A DNA stretch of 64,000 nt, taken from Octopus vulgaris (lineage: Eukaryota). Each line of letters starts with the position of its first letter. Position 1 is the first letter of the stretch. The notes beneath the pieces are model-generated. The model searched no databases, had not been told where the DNA came from, and saw nothing but the letters and a program-made list of their open reading frames with translations. Shown one piece after another: positions 41,501-50,938 of this stretch. The DNA lies in contig OX597828.1 in NCBI GenBank assembly GCA_951406725.2, forward strand, positions 19,406,001 through 19,470,000. The letters run 5' to 3'. Position numbers and translations under genes: made by a program.

Positions 41501-44500
41501 CATTGTCCATGATGGCATGGGTTGGACTGTTTGGCCAGGGCTAGCAAGCTGAGGGGCTGCACCAGACTCCAGTCTGATTTGGCATGGCTCTCTACAGCTG
41601 GATGCCCTTCCTAATGCCAACCACTCTGAGAGTGTAATGGGTGCTTTTATGTACCAGTTGCATGGCACCAGTATCTACCATGGTTACGATTTCACTTGGT
41701 TTGATGGATCTTCTTCTCAAGCACAACACATTGCCAAAGGTCTTGTCACACAGTTTCCATCTACCAAATTCGCTTACAAGGCATTGGCTAGTCCGTGACT
41801 AAAGTTGAAGACACTCACCCAGAGTGCTGTGCAGTAGGATTGAACCCAGATCCACATGGTTTCAAAGCGAGCTTCTTAACCACATAGCTATGCCTGCGCC
41901 TAAAATGTACGAAGAGCTCTTTTTGTTAAGGATTGTATTTTTCTTAACCCCAAGTTAACCCTCTTTGAGCAGGCCTGTGATCAAAGGTGTTCAAATTATG
42001 GCAATCCCATCACTTTTTTTCTCAGGCTAAATGTATCTAGTACTATATTATCTTTGTTGTGTTGTTGTGGTCGTCATTTATCATTAAGTCAATGCTCATC
42101 AAACAGACCTATCATCAATATGTTGCATTGTGTTCTTGAGAAAAACACTTCATTTCACATTGCTCCAGTCCACTCAGCTGGAAGAAAATAAGTAATCCTG
42201 CGATGGACTAGCCTCCCATCAAGGTGGATGAAATATATACATTGAGAAACCGGAAAACCAGCCCTTAAGTGTCAGTATGACTTGAGAAGGTAATTTTGCC
42301 TCTTTACCCTTTAGACTTATAATCAAAGAAATTCCTTATTTACATTATTTACATTTGACGGATATATGTCCTCATCTTGTTTGTTGTTAATACAACATTT
42401 CAGCTGATATACCCTCCAGCCTTCATCAGGTGCCTTGGGGAAATTTCGAACCTGGGTTCTCATTCCTAAGGTATTTTTCGATGCTATTAATATTATTATT
42501 ATTATTATTATTATTCAGGTCACTGCCTGGAATCGAACTCGGAATCTTGCGGTTAGTAGCCCGCGCTCTTAACCACTACGCCATATGCAACAAACAAGAT
42601 GAGGACAAATATCCATCAAATGTAAATAATGTACATAATTCCTCATCTCTTAATTATAGAACTGAAAGAAATTCCTGTTTTCATTTTTCTTTTACATTCC
42701 AATGTAGGAACCACATTATCTACTATAGTTTTCTCTTTTCTAGACAGTAGTAACACACGAAGAATATGTGACTGCTATTTTTAGCACTCTATGTAGCTTC
42801 TTTCTCATTGGTTCATCTTATGTAGTGTATTTGTGATTGTTTTTGTGATTGGTTATTTCAAACTGTTATAATTTTTGATGTTTTTGCTATGATTGTTGTT
42901 TAATACCTGGTCAGTCTTGAACAATTAGACATATGATCACAGACTTTCCAGCGATGGCCATTCTATGTAGAGAATTTAGAACTGCGTTGTCCTATTTTGT
43001 AAGACACGAGGGTGTAACATAAGGAAAATTTAACTGCTATGTCTTGTTGGTTTGAGCAACTACATAAAACTCTGTCATTAACTTGTTGTATTAAGATGTT
43101 TTGTTGTTTTATCTAGACTACAAAGAATATCTTGAAAGCGATTTGCCTGGTAAATATGACTACAGATGTCGAGCTTCCATATCCGGAACGAGCTGCACTT
43201 TTACGGTGTTCGATCAGAAAGAGGCTGAAGATATCTGTGAAAGTGATCCAGAGTGTTTCGGATTTGTTATGACACAAGAAACTACATGGACAGGTGAGTT
43301 TACATGTTTTATGCAGGTGTTGTGAACTCTAGTAGTTAGTATGAAGGATTAGCTAGTGTGACTTTTAAGTCGTAATTCTCCACGACAAAATGACTTTGCT
43401 TTCCAATTGTACTATAAATGCTAAATGTACACAAATAAACTAATGTAGTAATTATTTTCTCTTTCTTCATGTTCTTTAACTTGTTAATGAAACATTTCTG
43501 CAATTATGAAACTGTGTATTTTTTATAGTGGTTAAAAGAACACAAATTTATTTATCTGCAACATACATGCACGCATAAATTGTCAGTTAGCATTTCAGAG
43601 TATATGTTTCTTGCTGTGGTGTTTATGTAGATGGAGTCGGGATTTATGTATAATGATAATATTTATAAGTAAGTTATAAGTGATGGGTTTATCAATATAT
43701 ATTCCTACTTCAAAAGTAAAATATATTTATTATCTATTTTCAAATAAGAAACATATAAAAGTAGTGTTACACAAACGGTAACAAAACGCGACTATAAAAC
43801 AGGTTAAAATCAGCTGTTGAGCAAAACAAGATAATCATGAACTTGTTGCTCAGGATTAGGGTTAGGTAGAAAAACTAACCAAAAGTGCATGAACCGTGAC
43901 TGAGTCATTAAAAAAAAAAGTGGGGGCAGACATCAAGTATTCTGTTGGTGAATTTCAGGAAGCGTGGAAATTTTGAAGAATGCAGTGTCCTGACAGTTAA
44001 CTACTGATCTGGGTAGTTTATTCCATGCTTCAGTAATTCTGAGTGTAAAAAAATGCTTCTGAAAGTCATGGGTGCTGTGTTTACTTTTTGATTGTGTAAG
44101 CATGTCTACAAGTGTTAGACATATGGAATTCAAAAAGGTGTCCAAGGTTTGTTGTTCAAAAGATGGTAGATAATATTGTGGGTGTCTACCAAGTCAGTCG
44201 CCAGACGTCAGAGCTTTGTGTTCATATCTAGGGAAACAAGACATTCAGTATATGGTAGATTCAGTGCATTCATTTGGTGCACACTTCTGAACAATTTCCA
44301 GGAGATTATGCTGAGTAAGATACATGTTCCAAACAGCTGATGTAAACTCTAAGTGTGGATGTACTATAGCCACTTACAGCTTTAAATAGATAGCGGTGGT
44401 CTTACTGAGGGATGCTAAGACAACCTCAGCCTTGTTGGTGATATTCTCTACAGCTTCACTCACAGTGTGTATCGCCCCCTTATTTGTCTCTCTTGCAAAG

Positions 44501-44820
44501 CTCAATCAGTTGAGAACTTCATTCATTGAGTGTTCCACAAATGCTCTGCTTCAGTGTTTCTCAACCATTTTCTCTTTATGGACCCCTTTGATTCTGCTTT
44601 TATTCGGGTGGACCCTGCTCCCCTTAGCCAATCAGTATTTTAAAAAAGATCTCATTATATTTTTATGATTGTATATTACTAAGATAGCTTGCTTACCAAT
44701 CACATGGTTCTGAGTTCAGTCCCACTGCGTGGCACCTTGGGCAAGTGTCTTCTACTATAGCCTTGGGCCGACGAAAGCCTCGTGAGTGGATTTGGTAGAC
44801 GGAAACTGAATGAAGCCCGT

Positions 44821-44859
<39 letters not shown>

Positions 44860-45622
44860 GTACGTGTGTGTATATGTTTGTGCCTGTGTTTGTCCCCCCC
44901 AACATTGCTTGACAACCAATGCTCATGTGTTTACGTCCCCGTAACTCAGCGGTTCAGCAAAAGAGACCGATAGAATAAGTACTAGGCTTACAAAGAATAA
45001 GTCCTGGAATCGATTTGCTCGACTAAAGGTGGTGCTCCAGCGTAGCCACAGTCAAATGACTGAAACAAATAAAAACAGTAATCATCTACTTGTTTCACTG
45101 ATAGGACTGTGGCCAGGTCATGCTGGGGCACTGCCTCAAAGAGCTTAATCAAACAAATTGACCCCAGTACAAATTCTTTTAGATTAAGTCTAATACTTAA
45201 TCTATCAATCCTTTTTTTTTTTTGCTAAACCATTAAGTTTATGGGGACATAAACAAACCAGCACTGGTTGTTAAGCGGTGGTGGTGGGAACCAAACACAA
45301 ACACATGTATGACCGGCTTCTTCAGTTTCCATCTACCAAATTTATTTACTAGGCCCTGGTCAATCTGGGTTTATAGTAGGAGACACTTGCCTAAGGTGCC
45401 ATGCAGTGGAACTGAATCCAGGACCATGTAAACTTGGAAATAAAACTTATTAGCTCACAGCCACACTTACACCTATACCAGTTCGTTTTATTTTGTAAAT
45501 TTGTTTCATCCTTCATTTTCGATATTTTGTTGTTTTCAGGTCGGAAAATCGTCCATTTAAAGAATAACATGAGCATCCCGGTGCGAAATGCTGGTACAAA
45601 TTTATACATGCGTCCCTCCTGA
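14608..45622 (+). CDS. PKDCC: Extracellular/secretory-pathway tyrosine kinase PKDCC (VLK/SgK493) homologue, 6 coding exons, 485 aa
   Basis: Spliced join 14608-15213, 18092-18223, 37881-38089, 40936-41186, 43117-43293, 45540-45622 = 1458 nt, open to TGA. Intron phases 0,0,2,1,1, all GT..AG. N-terminal hydrophobic anchor (CYIFGFCINVFLVCNILV), GSGWTKAVY Gly-loop, VAMK lysine, NDFRHQQFVL catalytic loop and KLTDVDD. Cys-rich C-terminus ending CESDPECFGFV..TTWTGRKIVHLK. These match the PKDCC motifs as I recall them (GSGYTKAVY, DFRPRQFVL, KVTDLDD, TTWTGR). Confidence 0.93.
15530..15612 (+). mobile_element. hAT-like MITE end fragment (second copy ~44552-44670)
   Basis: CAGAGGTTCTCAACC / CAGTGTTTCTCAACC terminus followed by the shared tatggaccc..tttgatt..ggtggaccc. 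Confidence 0.5.
16938..17179. repeat. 29-bp minisatellite, 8.3 copies
   Basis: Unit ATGTCAAATAAGTCAGCATCGAATCAACG, near-perfect, no spacers. Confidence 0.95.
18092..18223 (+). CDS. PKDCC: PKDCC coding exon 2 (VLGYC...WEERLR)
   Basis: Acceptor ttttctttcag ends 18091; donor GTAAGT at 18224; 132 nt, phase 0/0. Confidence 0.92.
19380..19820 (-). mobile_element. tRNA-derived SINE family A (representative full copy)
   Basis: Head GGCGCAGGAGTGGCTGTGTGGTAAG..GGTTCAGTCCC, internal (TA)/(TG) tract, tail CCAGCATGGCCGCAGTCAAATGACTGAAACAAGTAAAA. More than 25 copies or fragments, e.g. 1-337, 5600-5970, 6655-6900, 8026-8400, 13705-14050, 17490-17872, 28645-29058, 30060-30450, 32835-33435, 38305-38935, 44685-45075, 48925-49625, 53498-54245, 56423-56988, 58627-59035 and 59232-59548. 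Confidence 0.85.
23228..24266 (+). mobile_element. 5'-truncated CR1/L2-group LINE, RT C-terminus plus 3' UTR, in PKDCC intron 2
   Basis: VLGPLLF...ASYADDTKV (YADD at 23303), in-frame TAG at 23366, then WAEDNNMQFNAEK, LGIDMS, HLDYYSQLWSP and LYSLERRRER. Ends gagctgaaac followed by (TA)n. Confidence 0.9.
24714..24750 (-). ncRNA. Minimal hammerhead ribozyme variant with U3-A8 core
   Basis: Minus strand cag-TTGAAAA-gctc(tcaaat)gacc-GAAA-ctgg-TA-ctg. One stem II mismatch; ACTGGT is one change from palindromic ACCGGT. Confidence 0.5.
25876..26528. mobile_element. Old TIR/foldback element with ~60-bp diverged inverted ends
   Basis: ctcataaattttttacattttggaattttcag..tttgcaaatttgtgttatacaca is approximately the reverse complement of 26468-26528. 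Contains the MITE at 26091. Confidence 0.55.
26091..26319. mobile_element. piggyBac-type MITE, family 2
   Basis: TTAA-CCCTTTCGTTAC ... GGTATCAAAAGAG-TTAA. Related copies at 33577-34296 (three), 59676-59887, ~60795-60995 and 63890-64000. Confidence 0.7.
27498..27930 (-). mobile_element. Tc1/mariner remnant: one TIR plus transposase C-terminus (DD36E spacing)
   Basis: TIR CAGGGGTTGGACAAAATAATGGAAAC at 27498. Minus strand reads FQDDNAPIHTAKVVTEWHKEHSNEVKYLI*PQQSPDLNIIEH. Confidence 0.88.
30895..31255 (-). mobile_element. CR1-type LINE 3' end fragment
   Basis: Minus strand reads HSSHDFRKHLFTLRVAEV*NKMPASVVSCRSTASFKTSMLPEIRQHYT, followed by a 3' UTR and AAT tail. Same family as 43930-44460. Confidence 0.75.
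33577..34296. repeat. Head-to-tail trimer of MITE family 2 (period ~242 bp)
   Basis: Copies start at ~33577, 33822 and 34064, joined by the same spacer attaatcatttgc. Confidence 0.85.
37302..37336 (+). ncRNA. Minimal type-I hammerhead ribozyme in a Penelope-like remnant (element ~37231-37440), sense strand of PKDCC intron 2
   Basis: gttt-CTGACGA-a-gagc(tcc)gttc-GAAA-cg-TA-aaac. Canonical core with a palindromic ACGT loop III. Confidence 0.7.
37881..38089 (+). CDS. PKDCC: PKDCC coding exon 3 (catalytic loop NDFRHQQF, KLTDVDD)
   Basis: Acceptor ctctacgcag ends 37880; donor GTTAGT at 38090; 209 nt; translates ISYDLTSLIHFFAHSPHGPVVMNDFRHQQFVLVNGMLKLTDVDD... Confidence 0.92.
38662..38696 (-). 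ncRNA. Minimal hammerhead variant, inverted copy of the 37231-37440 element (element ~38575-38763)
   Basis: Minus strand gttt-CCGACGA-a-gagc(tcc)gctc-GAAA-cg-TC-atac. U4C variant, perfect stem II. Confidence 0.55.
40936..41186 (+). CDS. PKDCC: PKDCC coding exon 4
   Basis: Acceptor ccctttcag ends 40935; IPCQNGHCVGLNEKKNIFNAGRHF...YKTGHY; donor GTGAGC at 41187; 251 nt, phase 2/1. Confidence 0.9.
42337..42665 (-). mobile_element. tRNA-headed, hammerhead-containing short retroelement with an inverted copy of its tail
   Basis: Minus strand: A box TGGCGTAGTGG and B box GTTCGATTC (head 42588-42516), then (AAT)n, hammerhead and an AT-rich tail. Tail 42343-42382 recurs inverted at 42591-42630. Confidence 0.65.
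42390..42433 (-). ncRNA. Minimal hammerhead ribozyme (slightly decayed) in a tRNA-headed element
   Basis: Minus strand gcac-CTGATGA-a-ggctg(gagggtatat)cagct-GAAA-tg-TT-gtat. ATGT reads as CpG-decayed ACGT. Confidence 0.6.
43117..43293 (+). CDS. PKDCC: PKDCC coding exon 5
   Basis: Acceptor ttttatctag ends 43116; YDYRC...EAEDICESDPECFGFVMTQETTWT; donor GTGAGT at 43294; 177 nt. Confidence 0.9.
43930..44460 (-). mobile_element. Decayed CR1-type LINE ORF2 C-terminal fragment
   Basis: HPHLEFTSAVWN and HDFQKHFFTLRITEAWNKLPRSVV motifs, with stops and frameshifts. Confidence 0.75.
45540..45622 (+). CDS. PKDCC: PKDCC last coding exon
   Basis: Acceptor tgttttcag ends 45539; GRKIVHLKNNMSIPVRNAGTNLYMRPS then TGA. 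Confidence 0.88.
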
Positions 45623-46135
45623 GACATTATCAGTCCTTTCATTTCATTACACTTCAATGATGTCGAAAATGTCCTCTGTGAATGGAGGACGAATGAACAT
45701 TTGAAAAATCTCAATTCCCTCCGCTTTCCATTTTTGTAAATAATATATCAGAAAAAAAAAAAAAATCTTAAAAGGAAGGCTTTCCACATCTAATTGCTTT
45801 GTCTGTGATTTACTTAAAACATGTGGCTGTTCTGGAATTTTGTTTCAGGACACAAACATATATACCCCTACACACACACACACACACACATGCATAAATG
45901 TGCATACAAATATTCATTTTCACATTGATTGAGTCTGTGGTTTAACTAGGTAGGCTTTATGATTTCACTCAACCTGCTAGAAATAACTGTTACATTTACC
46001 TCAAATAAGCCCCTCCCTATCCTCCAACAAAAGCACATTGTTTAGATAATGCAATTAAGAAAACCTACCTGACATTCATGGCTGGAAAGCTTTGTTCACT
46101 CTAGGTTTACCTGAGCACAATATACACAACAGCCA

Positions 46136-46811
46136 AGGTGGCAAGCTGGTAGAATCATTAGCACACCAGGAAAAATGCTTAGCAGCACTTTGTCTTTACA
46201 TTCTGAGTTGAAATTCCTCTGGGTCAACTTTGACTTTCCTCCTTTTGGGGTCAATAAAATAAGTACCATTTGAGGGCTGGAGTCAATATAATCAACTTAC
46301 CCCCTGCCCCAAACTTGCAGGCTTTGTGCCAAAATTCGAAACCGATATTTAAGTAAGTGGGCTGACAGGATCATCAGTGTGCCAGGCGAAATGCTTAGTG
46401 ACATTGCGTCTGTCTTTATGTTCCAAGTTCAAATTCTGCTTAAGTCGACTTTACCCTTTCATCCTTTCAGGATCGACGAAAGAAGTACCCCTTCGCCAAA
46501 CTTGCTGTCCTCGTGCCAAAAGTTGGAGACAGCCCATAAGTTTGCATGCAGCCATCCTTATATTGAGAACGTTGTGCTTATCAACAGTTATATTAGCAAA
46601 CGCCACTGAGAATGTGTGAAGTTATTTTAGCATATGCTAATGATGGCAAGTGTTCCTCTAGCTTACATCAGTTAGAAATATGGCTTTTGTGACCCTAGTT
46701 ACCAAATATTTGCATGGAAACTCTACATCACACTCACACACATACACAAACACCTCGTACTCCCTGACAATCCTATGTTTTTGTACAAAAACACACATCA
46801 TATACGTAAGT

Positions 46812-46858
<47 letters not shown>

Positions 46859-46861
46859 CAC

Positions 46862-46896
<35 letters not shown>

Positions 46897-49164
46897 TGCA
46901 TATATATACATATATGTATATACATATATATATACATATATGTATATACATATATATATACATATATGTATATACATATATGTATATACATATATATATA
47001 TATATATATATACATATATATACATATATATATACATATATATATACATATATATACATATATATATGTATATATATATATATATGTATATATATGTATA
47101 TATCTATAAAATGTGTACCCAGACACATATAAAGACTATGTTTGTATGTGTGTGTGTGTGTGTGTATTTGATATTGCAATTTAATATTACATGCGAGCAA
47201 ATCTGTTGAGAACAAAGAGAATAAAAGAAACATATGACTATGAGTGACGGATTTTCCAGAGTTGTGACAAAAAAATGTTGTGATCATCATCATCGTCATC
47301 ATCATTATTATCATTATTATTAAAGCAGCGAGTTGGCAGAATCATTAGAATGCTGGACGAAATGCTTAGTGGTATTTCACCCATTGCTACATTTTGAGTT
47401 CAAATTCCACCAAGGTTGACTTTGCTATTCTTCCTTTCGGGGTCGATAAATTAAGTACCAGTGAAATACTAGGGTCAATGTGATCAACTGGTCTCCCAAC
47501 CACCCTAAAATTTCAGGCCTTAAGCCTTTAGTAGAAAGAATTATTATTATCATTATTTAGGAGGCAAGCTGGCAGAATTGTTAGCACATCAGGCAAAATG
47601 TTTAGTGGCATCTCATCAATCCTCACATTCTGAGTTCAAATTCTGCCGCGGGCGACTTTGCTATTCATCCTTTTGGGGTCGATGAAATAAGTACCCGTTG
47701 AGTACTGGGATTGATGTAAGCGATTTATCTGTTTCCTGAAATTGCTGGCCTTGTGCCAAAATTTGAAACCATTATTATTATCATCATTAATGGTAATTAA
47801 TAATGATAATGTTTCTGCAGTAAGCTGGCAGAAACATTAGGGCATCAGAAAACAGCTTTGCTGCTCTTTATGTTCTGAGTTCAAATTCTGCAGGTCAGCT
47901 TTGCTTTTCTGGGTTGATAAAATAAAGTACTAGTCAATATAATCAGCTTAATCTCCTCAAAATTGCTGGCCTTGTGCTTAGCAGCATTTCATCCATCTTT
48001 ACATTCTGAGTTCAAATTCCACTGAGATTGGCTTTACTTTCATCCTTTCAGGGTCGATTAAATATAATACCAGTCAAATACTGGGGTGATGGTGCATGGC
48101 TCAGTGGTTAGAGCGTCGAGCTTACGATTGTGAGGTTGTGAATTAAAATCCCGGACTGGGCTGTGTGTTGTGTTCTTGAGCAAGACACTTTATTTCATGT
48201 TGCTCCAGTTCACTCAGCTGTAGAAATGAGTTGCGATGTCACAGGTGCCAAGCTGTATTGGCCCCTCTGCCTTTCTCTTGGATAACACTGGTGGTGTAGA
48301 GAGGGGTGTGGTATGCATGGACGATTGCTGGTCTTCCATAAACAACCTTGCCCAGACTTATGCCTGGGAGGGTAACTTTTTAGGTGCAATCCCATGGTCA
48401 GTCATGACTGAAAGGAGTCTCAACTGGGGTCAATTTAATCAAATTGCCCCCACTCGCCCAAACATTTAAGGCCTTGTGCCTATATATGGCAGTGAGCTCT
48501 TCGAATTGTTAGTATTCTGGACGAAAATGTTTGGCAGCATTTCATCTGTCTTTATGTTGTGAGTTCAAATTCTGCTGAGGTCGACTTTTGCTTTTCATCG
48601 TTTCAGGTTCATTAAAGTATGTACTAGTCAATCAACTTCCCTTTCCCCTCAAAAACTGAGGCCCTGTGCCATATTCTGAAAGCATTATTATTATTATTAT
48701 TATCATCATCATCATCTGAAGTGGTGAGCTGGCAAAATTGTTAGCAGACTGGACAAAATGCTTAGCGGTATTTCGCCCATCTTGACATTCTGAGTTCAAA
48801 TTCCACCGAGGTCGACTTTGCCTTTCATCCTTTCAGGGTTGATAAATTAAGTACTGGGGTCAACGTGATTGGCTTACCCTGTCCCCACAAATTTCAGGCT
48901 TTGTGCTCATAGTAGAAAGGAGTGTTCTTTTACTTGTTTCAGTTGACTGTGGCCATGCTGGAGCACTGCCTTTAGTCAAGCAAATCGACCCTAGGACTTA
49001 TTGTTTGTAAGCCTAGTACTTATTCTATCGGTGTCTTTTGCCGAACCGCTAAGTTACGGGAACGTAAACACACCAGCATCGGTTATCAAGCGATGTTAGG
49101 GGGACAAACACAGACATATACACCCATGTACATATATATATATATATGTATATATATATACATA

Positions 49165-49203
<39 letters not shown>

Positions 49204-50047
49204 CATCATCATCATCATCATCGTTTAGCGTCCGTTTTCCATGCTAGCATGGGTTGGACGAGTCAACTGGGGTCTGTGAAGCTGGAAGGCTTCGTCAGGC
49301 CCAGTCAGATCTGGCAGTGTTTCTACGGCTGGATGCCCTTCCTAACGCCAACCACTCCGCGAGTGTAGTGGGTGTTTTTTACGTGCCACCTGCACAGGTG
49401 CCAGACAGAGCTGGCCGAACGGCCACAAACGGATGGTGCTTATATATATATATATATACGACGGGCTTCTTTCAGTTTCCGTCTACCAAATCTACTCACA
49501 ATGCTATGGTCGGCCTGAGGCTATAGTAGAAGACACTTGCCCAAGGTGCCATGCAGTGGGACTGAACCCGGAACCATCTGGTTGGTAAGCAAGCTACTTA
49601 CAACATAGCCACTCCTACACCTATGTTATTATTAAATAATTATTATTATTATTGCAGCTATGTTGGCAGAATGCTTAGAAATATTTCATGCCTTTACGTA
49701 CTGAGGTTAACTCTACCTTTCATCCTTTTGGGGTCCATAAAATAAGTACCAGTTGAGTACTGGGGTTGATGCAATTGACTTACCCCTTCCCCTGGACTTG
49801 CTGGCCTTGTGCCAAAATTTGAAATCAGTATTGGTATTGACATTCATACATAAGGCGGCGGTGAGCTGGCGGAATCGTTAGCGCACAAGGCAAAAGTGCT
49901 TAGCAACATTTCATTTGTGTTTATGTTTTGAGTTCAAATTCTGCTGAGGTCGACTTTGCCTTTCACTCTTTTAGGGATCGAGTGCTGGGGTTGATGTAAT
50001 CGACTAACTCCCTCCCACCAAATTTCAGGCCTTGTGCCTATAGTAGA

Positions 50048-50089
<42 letters not shown>

Positions 50090-50570
50090 TATTATTATTA
50101 TTATTACCATTATTATTGTTGCTAAGGCAGCAGGCTAGCAGGATGTTTAGAAGCATTTCATCTGCCTTCACATTCTTAGTTCAAATTCCACTGAGGTTGT
50201 TTGCCTTTCATCATTTGTGGGGTCCATATAATAAGTCCAGGTTGAACCCTTGTGGGGCGGGATTCATTGTAATTGACTTACTTCCCTCCGCCCCTGCCCC
50301 ACACCAACCGAAATCGTTGGCCTTGTTGCCAAAATTTGAAATCGTTACAATTATTACTCCAGACTAAATTCTTTGAAGTACTGCTTCTTCGTTCTTTACA
50401 TGCTGAGTTCAAATCCTACCAAGGTCAGCTTTGCCTTCTTTCATCATTTTAGCATCGATTAAAATAAAGTACCACTCAAGTACTGAGGTCAATGTAATTG
50501 ACAACCCGACCCTCACACACACACACACACACAAGCTCGAAGAAACTTCAGGCCTTATGCCTACATCAGA
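46136..50570 (+). repeat. Array of about eleven decayed family-B SINE copies downstream of the PKDCC stop
   Basis: Starts near 46136, 46360, 47323, 47560, 47815, 47980, 48487, 48719, 49655, 49853 and 50125 on +, mostly separated by (ATT)n; one inverted copy at ~50400-50570. Confidence 0.75.
46800..47165. repeat. Compound (TA)/(TACA)/(TG) microsatellite
   Basis: Direct inspection. Confidence 0.95.
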
Positions 50571-50709
50571 AACAATCATCTTTATTATTATATTATAGTT
50601 TTTGTTGGGTTTTTTTTTTTTCAATATTTCTATTTTTTGTCTTTTAAACCTGAATTCTGTCCATTTTGTCCAAACTGGACTCTTGTCTGTCATATCAGAT
50701 TTAAATGTC

Positions 50710-50762
50710 ATTAAAAATATATTAAATCTTCTTCTGGATGTCTTTTTTTTGTCTTTTGTTTA
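50710..50762 (+). terminator. Candidate distal polyadenylation signal for PKDCC
   Basis: Two ATTAAA hexamers (50710, 50721) followed by a GT/T-rich stretch (gtcttttttttgtcttttgttt) in unique sequence. Inference only. Confidence 0.3.
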
Positions 50763-50938
50763 TGATGTTGCTTACATTTATATATCAGTGTGCATCTGTG
50801 TGTGTGTGTGTATTTTTACAAGGAAAAGACTTGACAGTGACTTCAAAGTTTCACCATGTGCTGATTCTGTCACACTTCTATATGAAGCCAGACATTGTGA
50901 AACTCAATCTGAAAGTTAACTTTGTTCTTATGAAAATA

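Noticed and set aside
42516-42588. Functional tRNA gene (likewise the tRNA-like heads at 40287, 62578 and 63695)
   Set aside because: A and B boxes are present, but the acceptor stems do not pair and each runs into a repeat body; these are SINE heads.
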